This document shows, piece by piece, positions 8,713 to 15,780 of a DNA stretch of 64,000 nucleotides. The notes beneath the pieces were generated by a model. That model was not told where the DNA came from, ran no database searches, and was given only the letters and a program-made list of their open reading frames with translations. The stretch is from Candidatus Auribacterota bacterium. GTDB taxonomy: Bacteria; Auribacterota; Ancaeobacteria; Ancaeobacterales; Ancaeobacteraceae. The DNA lies in assembly GCA_022711655.1 (NCBI GenBank), contig JAKLEM010000004.1:8182-72181 (forward strand). Direction: 5' to 3'. Each line of letters opens with the position of its first letter. Position 1 is the stretch's first letter. The translations under genes and the position numbers were made by a program.

Positions 8713-10014
8713 CTACGAAATTGTTTTTGACACGAGCGGCGGCGGCGTTACGCGCTTTTTCGAGACTCGTACCGCCGCTATCAGCTTCTGAACCGCAGTG
8801 TCGATGCAGTGTTTCCGGTGGGTGAATATGGTGAAGACCGGCTCTCCAGGGGATACGCGCTCGCCGATCTTCTTATGCACGACGATACCGGCCGCCGGGT
8901 CGACGGCATCTGTCAGCTGCATCCTTCCCGCGCCGAGCAGGTTCGCCGCCATCCCGATCTCGTAGGTGTCCATCCCGCTGATGTACCCGCGAGAGGGGAG
9001 CACGACGTCGCTCATGATCGGCGCGCGGACGAACTTCTCCGGCTGTTCGATGAACGAAACATCTCCCTCCTGAACGGAGACGATCTCGGTGAGCTTCCGC
9101 AGAGCGGATCCGTCGTCGAGGTTGCGCGCGGCAAGCCGCAAACCTTCCTTGAATGTCCGCACGGTGCCCGCAAGGGCGAGCATGTGGGCGCAGAGGATGA
9201 GCGACAGTTCGCGCACGTCCGCAGGCCCGTTGCCCCGCAAAACGTCGATCGATTCGATCACTTCCAGCGTGTTGCCGACGGCCTGGCCGAGCGGCTGGTC
9301 CATGCTCGACAGCACCGCCCGCGCCTTCTTGCCCATCAGTTTTGCGATCGATACCAAGAGACGCGCGAGCTTGTCGGAGCCGGCGCGGTCTTTCATGAAC
9401 GCGCCGCTGCCGGTCTTGACGTCCAGGACGAGCGCGTCGGTCCCCTCCGCGCATTTCTTTGACAGGATACTCGCCGTTATAAGGGGTATCGATTCGACGG
9501 TTCCCGTGACATCGCGCAGGGCGTAAAGCTTGCGGTCTGCGGGGGCGATCTCTTCGGATGTCCCGATCATGACGGCGCCGACGGTGTTTAACTGGCCGAT
9601 GATCTCAGGTTCGGAAAGGACCGTCCTGAATCCGGGGATCGATTCGAGCTTGTCGCGTGTCCCTCCGGTATGCCCTAGGCCGCGGCCGAACATCGTCGGT
9701 ACCTTGAGGCCGAGGCTGGCCGCGAGGGGGACGACGATCAGGGTCGTCTTATCGCCGACGCCGCCCGTGGAATGCTTGTCGACGGTATAGCCGACCGGAC
9801 GCAGGTCGAGGATATGCCCCGACCGCATCATCGCGCCGGTGAGCGAGGCGGTCTCGCGGTCGCTCATCCCGTTCTTGAATACGGCCATGAGAAGACTCGC
9901 CATCTGATAATCAGGTATGGTTCCCGCGGTGTATTCCGCGATCAGCGCGGCGATCTCGTCATCGGCAAGCTCTTTGCCGTCACGCTTCTTGATGATGATC
10001 TCGATGATGTTCAT
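8713..10014 (-). CDS. pdp: Pyrimidine-nucleoside (thymidine) phosphorylase
   Basis: 433 aa; IIKKRDGKEL...IPDYQMASLLMAVFKNGM...HSTGGVGDKTTL is a family signature. Confidence 0.9.
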   Translation of the reverse strand: MNIIEIIIKKRDGKELADDEIAALIAEYTAGTIPDYQMASLLMAVFKNGMSDRETASLTGAMMRSGHILDLRPVGYTVDKHSTGGVGDKTTLIVVPLAASLGLKVPTMFGRGLGHTGGTRDKLESIPGFRTVLSEPEIIGQLNTVGAVMIGTSEEIAPADRKLYALRDVTGTVESIPLITASILSKKCAEGTDALVLDVKTGSGAFMKDRAGSDKLARLLVSIAKLMGKKARAVLSSMDQPLGQAVGNTLEVIESIDVLRGNGPADVRELSLILCAHMLALAGTVRTFKEGLRLAARNLDDGSALRKLTEIVSVQEGDVSFIEQPEKFVRAPIMSDVVLPSRGYISGMDTYEIGMAANLLGAGRMQLTDAVDPAAGIVVHKKIGERVSPGEPVFTIFTHRKHCIDTAVQKLIAAVRVSKKRVTPPPLVSKTIS

Positions 10015-10038
10015 AGGTGATCTCCTTTAGCGGGAATC

Positions 10039-10070
10039 CGCAGGGTACAGGCATGCCTGTGCCCTACCCC
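10039..10070. repeat. 32-nt GC-rich palindromic REP-like element, copy 2
   Basis: CGCAGGGTACAGGCATGCCTGTGCCCTACCCC overlaps the stop codon of the GT4 gene. It is the reverse complement of the 6136-6167 copy, with two C/T differences within the palindrome and one at the element end. Confidence 0.7.
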
Positions 10071-11170
10071 TTCGCAACGACATTCGTGTACAATTCTAAC
10101 GTCTTAGAGATTGTTGCATCCAGCGGAAAACGGGCGGCGGCAGCTGCGCGCGCGCGCCTGCCGAATTCGGCGCGAAGATCGGGGTTGCCGGCGAATCGCA
10201 GGATCGCTGTTGCCAGTTCGCTCGGCGAACGCGGCGGTACCAGGATGCCGGTCGAGTTGTTCTCGACCACTTCGGATATGCCGCCGATGTCTGTCGCTAC
10301 CACCGCTTTTTCCATCATCATCGCTTCGAGGACCGCCAGGCCGAACCCTTCCATGTGCGAGGGCATCGCGAAGATGTCGATAACCGAGAGCGGCCTGCGG
10401 GTGTCGTCGACGCGGTCGACATAGCGGACCGAATCGTCGACGCCGAGCTTTTTCGCGAGCTGTACCAGGCCGGGCTTTATGTCTCCTTCGCCGACGATCA
10501 GGAGCTCGAGGCGGTTGTCGCTCGCGAGCGCCGCGGCGAATGCGGTGATCAGATCTTCATGCCCTTTGACCGTCGAGAGGCGAGCGATGATGCCGACGAC
10601 GGTAGAGTCGCCGCGCAGTCCGTATTCGCGGCGCAGGGCCTGCGGATCGATCCCGGCGGGCCGTTCGGAGAAACGCGCGGTGTCGACGCCGTTGTGGATC
10701 AGCGAGATCTTCTTTTCGGGGATGCCGAGGTCACGCAGGAGATAGTCCTTTACGGGCGTGCTGATCGCGATGACCCGTTCGCCGATGCAGGGGAGGATGC
10801 GCCGCAGCGTCCGCTTCCTGAAGAAGCCGTGATAGGTCGTTACGTGGGGTACGTGTGTCAGCCGCGAGGCGGCCTGCGCGACGACCTGCGTAACGCGGCT
10901 GTTCGAGTGGATGATGTCAATTCTCTGTTCCTTGAGCAGCGTGCAGAGCTGTGGCATGGCGCGGAACGCCTTCGGGCCGAACTCCTGTTTCGTCCTGATA
11001 GCGAGCGGCAATAGCGTGACGCCGCTTCCCCTGAACCGCTCCTCCATGCTGCCGCCGCCCGATGCGACGAATACAGAATGCCCTTCTTTGATGTATCCCC
11101 TGGAGAGCGTCAGGATATACCAGGTGATGCCGCCGATATCGAGGTGGGTGGAGAGGAAGAGGATGTTCAT
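10064..11170 (-). CDS. Glycosyltransferase family 4 (GT-B, retaining type)
   Basis: 368 aa; N-terminus MNILFLSTHLDIGGITWY; C-terminal EGFGLAVLEAMMMEKAVVATDIGGISEVV motif typical of GT4. Confidence 0.85.
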   Translation of the reverse strand: MNILFLSTHLDIGGITWYILTLSRGYIKEGHSVFVASGGGSMEERFRGSGVTLLPLAIRTKQEFGPKAFRAMPQLCTLLKEQRIDIIHSNSRVTQVVAQAASRLTHVPHVTTYHGFFRKRTLRRILPCIGERVIAISTPVKDYLLRDLGIPEKKISLIHNGVDTARFSERPAGIDPQALRREYGLRGDSTVVGIIARLSTVKGHEDLITAFAAALASDNRLELLIVGEGDIKPGLVQLAKKLGVDDSVRYVDRVDDTRRPLSVIDIFAMPSHMEGFGLAVLEAMMMEKAVVATDIGGISEVVENNSTGILVPPRSPSELATAILRFAGNPDLRAEFGRRARAAAAARFPLDATISKTLELYTNVVAKG

Positions 11171-11218
11171 TTAGGTTGCCATTGGCCGATCAGGTTTCGA
11201 GAAGGAAGTGATTGCTTG

Positions 11219-11376
11219 GCAGCGGGGCCTGACATAGCAGCACTCTTTCAGCATCGCTCGGGTCCCTCCGGCGGGGTCCCTCGCTCGGCGAGAATTTCTG
11301 CGCGCCGACGTTCGTCGGCGACCAAGCCGCAGAAATTCTCAACGTGCTGAAAGAATGCTGCCATGTCACCCACTGC
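11219..11376. repeat. 158-nt nested-hairpin element (family 1), copy A
   Basis: Terminal inverted arms GCAGCGGG / CCCACTGC, a long outer stem, and an inner 13-bp stem GAGAATTTCTGCG / CGCAGAAATTCTC. Inverted homolog at 15555-15713. Confidence 0.85.
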
Positions 11377-11414
11377 GCTTCGCGATCGATAAGGCACTGC
11401 TTTGGAAATGAGAA

Positions 11415-11491
11415 TGGTGGGCGGTACAAGGCTCGAACTTGTGACCCCATGCTTGTAAGGCATGTGCTCTAGCCAACTGAGCTAACCGCCC
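11415..11491 (-). tRNA. tRNA-Val(TAC): tRNA-Val, anticodon TAC, CCA encoded
   Basis: Reverse complement: GGGCGGTTAGCTCAGTTGGCTAGAGCACATGCCTTACAAGCATGGGGTCACAAGTTCGAGCCTTGTACCGCCCACCA. It has a 7-bp acceptor stem, anticodon loop CTTACAA and a GTTCGAG T-loop. Confidence 0.95.
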
Positions 11492-11521
11492 GTATATGAT
11501 CGTGTGTCAAAAAACAGAGTT

Positions 11522-11549
11522 ACTATAAAGCAAAAAAGGCGTTAGTCAA
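11522..11549 (-). promoter_or_regulatory. Sigma70-like promoter candidate for tRNA-Val
   Basis: On the minus strand: TTGACT, 16 nt, TATAGT, ending about 30 nt upstream of the mature tRNA 5-prime end. The -35 overlaps the stop of the upstream GT2 gene. Confidence 0.45.
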
Positions 11550-12325
11550 CTTTTTACCGGCGGCTGGCCGGCGGAGCGCTTCATTTCCCAGTACTTCGCG
11601 TAGCTCATGATCTGGTAGAGGCCGCCGAAGTAGGCGAGGATGAAGCCGTAGAAGCCGTCTTTGTAACCCTTTTTCTTTACGTAGGCACGCAGGAACCTGT
11701 CGAAGAACTTGCGCATCGTTTTAGCGAGGCCGATCTTCCGGTTCTCCTTGAACCACTTGCGCGCCTCGAGGGTGGTCTGCGCGTTGAGCTTCTGGACGAA
11801 ATCGTGCAGGTCGCGGTACGAACGGTGTATGATGTCTTTGGTGAGGTGCCCGCAGGTGCCGTCCATGAAGGCGCGGGGATGGACTTCGGTCTCTTCGTAC
11901 TTGAACTCATCCCGCTTGAAGATGCGCACCTTGCCTGCAGGGTACCAGCCGCCGTAGCGGACCCAATAGTCGCCGATATAGGTCTTGAAGGGGATCGTGA
12001 AGCCGTTGTGCGATATCGGCTTGGCGAAGGTGTCGCGGATCTCTTGCGCCAGCTCCGGCGTCACCCGCTCGTCGCAGTCGAGGCTCATCACCCAGTCGTT
12101 CTTCGCCTGCGCGTAGCCGAAATTGCGGTGCCGCCCCTCGATGTCCAGCTTGCGCTGGATCACCCGCGCGCCGAGGCCGCGGGCGATCTCCGCGGTCCTG
12201 TCGGCGCTGAAATCGTCCAGGACGATCACCTCGTCTGCCCAGCTGACGCTCTTAAGGCAGTCTGCGATATCGATCTCCTCGTCTTTTGCCATGATCATGA
12301 TGCTGATAGGGAGCTTTGTTTCCAT
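11546..12325 (-). CDS. Glycosyltransferase family 2 (small, LPS-core type)
   Basis: 259 aa; ISIMIMAKDEEIDIADCLKSVSWADEVIVLDDFSADRT and a DCDE acidic motif. Its ATG shares one base with the upstream TAA (TAATG). Confidence 0.85.
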   Translation of the reverse strand: METKLPISIMIMAKDEEIDIADCLKSVSWADEVIVLDDFSADRTAEIARGLGARVIQRKLDIEGRHRNFGYAQAKNDWVMSLDCDERVTPELAQEIRDTFAKPISHNGFTIPFKTYIGDYWVRYGGWYPAGKVRIFKRDEFKYEETEVHPRAFMDGTCGHLTKDIIHRSYRDLHDFVQKLNAQTTLEARKWFKENRKIGLAKTMRKFFDRFLRAYVKKKGYKDGFYGFILAYFGGLYQIMSYAKYWEMKRSAGQPPVKS

Positions 12326-13470
12326 TAGAATCTCTCCGCTTTCTTGAGTTGGATGATGTGATCGAGTGTCTTGATGTAAGTGATACGGCCCGTTACGTCA
12401 TTTCCTGTCCCGCGGCAATAGGCCGGACAACCGTGAATAGGATAGAAGGATGCCACCGATTTTGCAAGAGGACTTTCGAACGCCAGGGCGAGATCATACG
12501 GTTTTTTGCGCTTCGTGATGATCCTCCAGAGTGCCGTTATAGTAAGCAGAGCAGGGTTCACGGAGACCACCTTGATGTTTGCCATTTCCGCGATGCCGAG
12601 CTCGCGAAACAGATCGGCTTTGGTGCGCTGGGGGGATACGGCGATATACAGGTGGATATAGCATTCGTTGCGCGCGAGCTGTACTATATCGATGATCGCC
12701 TCCCGGAGACGCCGGCGGTCCGCGACGATCCCGTCTCCTGCCATCGCGAAGATCCTGAGCGGCCGGCCCCAGCGCTCCTCATAGATCTTCTTATTCTTCC
12801 GGAAAAGCTCTTCCTTCCAGGGGACGCGGTCGAGCGACTTGTGCTCGTGATGATAGACGTAGGCGCCGCAGGCTTTGGTACAGCGGTAGCCGGCGGCCTT
12901 TGCGCGCATCGAGAAGTCGGTGTCCTCGAAATAGGCGAGTCCGAACGCCTCGTCGAGATAGCCGATCTTGTCCATGACCTCGCGCTTGACGAGCATCGCG
13001 AAGCCGATGCAGTTGCCGAACTCGACGCAGCTCTCCGCGAGCGGCGCAAGCTTTCGTGCGACGTCGTCGGCGGTCTCGCCGGGGGCCGGCCTGACGCCGA
13101 AGTTGCTGCTCTCCGGGTTTACCAGTCCGATGTCGGGATGCCGGCGGGCGATCCCGAGCATGATCTCGAGGCATTTCTCGGTGAAGAACGTGTCGTTGTT
13201 GAGGATGAGCGCGAACGGGGAAGAGCCGCGCCGCAGTCCCTGGTTGACCGCCTTTCCGAAGCCGAGGTTCTCGGCGTTCTCGATAACCTCGATTTTCACG
13301 AATTCGTTCGGCGAGAAGCCCCGGATAACCGCTTTGGTCGCCGCGTCGCTGGCGTTGTCGACGATGATCAGTGTGACGGGTATCCGCGTGGTCCTGAGTA
13401 TCGACGCGACGCAGTCGCGGGTGAGCTCGGGCTGGTGATAGACGGGGATGACGATGTCGCAGACGCTCAT
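12325..13470 (-). CDS. Glycosyltransferase family 2 with a ~130-aa unassigned C-terminal extension
   Basis: Start at ATG 13470 (MSVCDIVIPVYHQPELTRDC...IIVDNASDA, then YFEDTDFS). The ATGA overlap with the upstream gene supports this start over the 525-aa ORF. Confidence 0.85.
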   Translation of the reverse strand: MSVCDIVIPVYHQPELTRDCVASILRTTRIPVTLIIVDNASDAATKAVIRGFSPNEFVKIEVIENAENLGFGKAVNQGLRRGSSPFALILNNDTFFTEKCLEIMLGIARRHPDIGLVNPESSNFGVRPAPGETADDVARKLAPLAESCVEFGNCIGFAMLVKREVMDKIGYLDEAFGLAYFEDTDFSMRAKAAGYRCTKACGAYVYHHEHKSLDRVPWKEELFRKNKKIYEERWGRPLRIFAMAGDGIVADRRRLREAIIDIVQLARNECYIHLYIAVSPQRTKADLFRELGIAEMANIKVVSVNPALLTITALWRIITKRKKPYDLALAFESPLAKSVASFYPIHGCPAYCRGTGNDVTGRITYIKTLDHIIQLKKAERF

Positions 13471-14369
13471 ACGGACAGTTTCTGATATCTGGTTATCAGT
13501 CCCTGCTGCGCTATGGAGAACATCGTCCGTATCCGGTCGAGATAGGTATGCTTGCTGATGGCGAGCTCGTATCCCCGCCGGGCGATCGCTTCGCGCTCGT
13601 CGTCGTGCTTCAAGTAGTGCTCGGTCAGCTCGAAGAGCTCTTTCGGCGTGCGGTAGACGACGCAGTTCTTCCGATCCTCGAAGATCTCGCCGAACCCGTT
13701 GCCTTTGATCTCGTTGGTGAGGAGCATCGTCCCGCAGCTCATCACTTCGAACATACGCATGTTGACGTCGTTCCTGATCGAGTAGTTGAAGCCGATCTTC
13801 GCCGACGAGTATATCTGCGACATCTTGGTGTGTTTCGCCATCCCGATGGAGCTTTTCGGATAGCGCTGGCGGAGCTGTTCGAGAAGCGTCTTCCGCAGGC
13901 ACTTCTTGCCGTCGGTTCCGACGAAGCCGATATCGAGCGTCTTTTTGATGTCCAGCTTCCGGTGCATCGCAGGTTCGCAGCCGAGCGGGACCCAGTACGT
14001 CTGCCTGCCGATGTGGCGGGCGACCTTTTCCGCTCCCTCTTTTTGCGCGCAGTAGACAAAATCGTAGTGCGGCGCTTGTTCGCAGATCTTCTCGTACGGA
14101 TGCTTCAGGTGCGTGTCGATGGCGAGGAATCCGCAGGGGTGCAGGTATTCCGGGATATCGTATTTGTAGTCGCCATGATCGATCCGGAGGTAGAAGTCGA
14201 ACTCCGGCTTGATCTTGTCGGCGTAGACGGTCCAGAAATGGCGGACGTCGTGCCCGGTCCGCCTGAGGGCGTTCTCGAAATAACAGCCGATCGTGTCGTC
14301 CCGGTCCTTATTGAAGATGATCGCGATCTTGAGGCCGTCTTTTTTCTTCTTCAGGAATTGGAGGAACAT
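13467..14369 (-). CDS. CgeB-family / DUF3880-type glycosyltransferase
   Basis: 300 aa. The C-terminal half (SSAKIGFNYSIRNDVNMRMFEVMSCGTMLLTNE...YRTPKELFELTEHYLKHDDEREAIARRGYELAISKHTY) matches the CgeB-like GT-B C-domain pattern as I recall it. Confidence 0.7.
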   Translation of the reverse strand: MFLQFLKKKKDGLKIAIIFNKDRDDTIGCYFENALRRTGHDVRHFWTVYADKIKPEFDFYLRIDHGDYKYDIPEYLHPCGFLAIDTHLKHPYEKICEQAPHYDFVYCAQKEGAEKVARHIGRQTYWVPLGCEPAMHRKLDIKKTLDIGFVGTDGKKCLRKTLLEQLRQRYPKSSIGMAKHTKMSQIYSSAKIGFNYSIRNDVNMRMFEVMSCGTMLLTNEIKGNGFGEIFEDRKNCVVYRTPKELFELTEHYLKHDDEREAIARRGYELAISKHTYLDRIRTMFSIAQQGLITRYQKLSV

Positions 14370-14379
14370 GTATAAAGCC

Positions 14380-14408
14380 TTGCTCTATAGATTCTTGAAA
14401 GATATTAT
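14380..14408 (+). promoter_or_regulatory. Possible promoter in an AT-rich divergent intergenic region
   Basis: TTGCTC, 17 nt, TATTAT, about 55 nt upstream of the GT9 ATG at 14463. The hexamers are weak. Confidence 0.3.
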
Positions 14409-14462
14409 ATGTGCTATCGTTTGTCAATTAATGTGTCAGGACCCGCTGCAGATTTGAGGAGC

Positions 14463-15533
14463 ATGCAGAACATACTGATCATCAACCCTTTCGGCATCGG
14501 CGATGTCCTTTTCACGACGCCGCTGGTGCGGGCGCTGAAAGAGGGGATCAAACCCGCGCCGCGCATCACATTCGTCTGCAACGCGCGGACCTATCCGATC
14601 ATCGCGGCCAATCCCTGTATCGACCGCGTGATCGTCTTTGATCGCGGCGATTACCGGATGCTCTGGCGGGCGGATAAGGCCGCCTGCGTGAAAAATCTCC
14701 TGGCGTTCGTAGCAGACATAATTAAGTCCGGGTTCGATTGTGTTTTTGACATCTCGCTGTCCCGTCAATTCTCGTTCTTGTCGGCCATAGCGCGCGTACC
14801 CGTCAGGATCGGGTTTGATTACAAGGGGAGAGGGACGTTCCTTACGCACCGTATGGTTTTGGAAGGTTTCTCCGGGAAGCCGATCCCTGACTATTATCTC
14901 TCTCTCTCCCGGCTGGCCGGCGTCGAGCCGGCGGCCGGCGGGCTGCTCGAATTTCCGCTGACGCAGGGATCGGCACGCGAGGCGGATGCTCTGTGGGCGT
15001 CGCATGGCATTACCGGGAACGATCTGCTGGTCGGCATCGTCCCCGGCGGAGGCGACAGCTGGGGGAGCGACGCCGGCCTCAAACGCTGGGCTCCGGAGAA
15101 GTTCGCCGAAGCCGCCGGCCGGCTTGTCGCAGAGCGCCGTGCTATACCGGTGATCTTCGGCAGCAATGGCGAGGCGGAGCTGTGCGACTCGGTGCAACAG
15201 ATGATCGCCGGGAAAAGCGTCGTTGCGACGGGCCTGTCTCTCGGCGGTTTCGCGGCCGCAATGAAGCGCTGTCGTGTTGTGATATGCAACGACGGCGGGC
15301 CGCTGCATATAGCCGTCAGTCAGGGAGTTAAAACGGTTTCTATCTTCGGTCCGGTCGATCCGCTCGTCTATGGCCCGTATCCGGGGACCGATCGTCACGC
15401 CGTGATCACGGCGGCGGTCCCGTGCCGACCCTGTTACCGTAACTTCCGCTATGAAAAATGCGGCAACCGCCGTTGCCTCGGGGAGATATCGCCGGACGCC
15501 GTCTGCGATGCCGCAATCCGGTTGCTTCATTGA
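14463..15533 (+). CDS. Glycosyltransferase family 9 (heptosyltransferase-like), paralog 1
   Basis: MQNILIINPFGIGDVLFTTPLVRALKE; NDGGPLHIAVSQGVKTVSIFGPVDP; C-terminal CRPCYRNFRYEKCGNRRC. Confidence 0.85.
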   Translation: MQNILIINPFGIGDVLFTTPLVRALKEGIKPAPRITFVCNARTYPIIAANPCIDRVIVFDRGDYRMLWRADKAACVKNLLAFVADIIKSGFDCVFDISLSRQFSFLSAIARVPVRIGFDYKGRGTFLTHRMVLEGFSGKPIPDYYLSLSRLAGVEPAAGGLLEFPLTQGSAREADALWASHGITGNDLLVGIVPGGGDSWGSDAGLKRWAPEKFAEAAGRLVAERRAIPVIFGSNGEAELCDSVQQMIAGKSVVATGLSLGGFAAAMKRCRVVICNDGGPLHIAVSQGVKTVSIFGPVDPLVYGPYPGTDRHAVITAAVPCRPCYRNFRYEKCGNRRCLGEISPDAVCDAAIRLLH

Positions 15534-15554
15534 ATCTCTCAGTATGCAACTTGT

Positions 15555-15713
15555 GCAGCGGGTGACAGGGCGTCATTTTTTCAGCACGTTGAGAATTTCT
15601 GCGGCTTGGTCGCCGGCAGAATGCCGGCGCGCAGAAATTCTCGCCGAGCGAGGGTCCCCGCAGGAGGGACCCGAGCGGTGCTGAAAAAGTGGCGTCCTGT
15701 CAGGCCCCGCTGC
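15555..15713. repeat. 159-nt nested-hairpin element (family 1), copy B, inverted relative to copy A
   Basis: Lies between two plus-strand GT9 genes. Its reverse complement aligns end to end with 11219-11376. The outer stem pairs fully (Watson-Crick plus G-U) on the plus strand. Confidence 0.85.
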
Positions 15714-15780
15714 AATGAGTTATTTATTCAAAAATCCCCCTGGTTTGATATAATCCTACCCTTTGGGAAACTGTGACTCT

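Noticed and set aside
11190-11450. ORFs 11190-11450 (minus) and 15451-15684 (plus) share the peptide FSTLRISAAWSP, which suggests a conserved small protein.
   Set aside because: The shared peptide is a by-product of the inverted DNA repeat. The frames diverge after an indel, and the differences between copies preserve base pairing rather than codons.
12325-13902. The 525-aa version of the GT2 ORF.
   Set aside because: The N-terminal 144 codons are Arg/Asp-rich junk overlapping the CgeB-like gene in another frame. ATG 13470 forms an ATGA junction with that gene and starts exactly at the GT2 fold.
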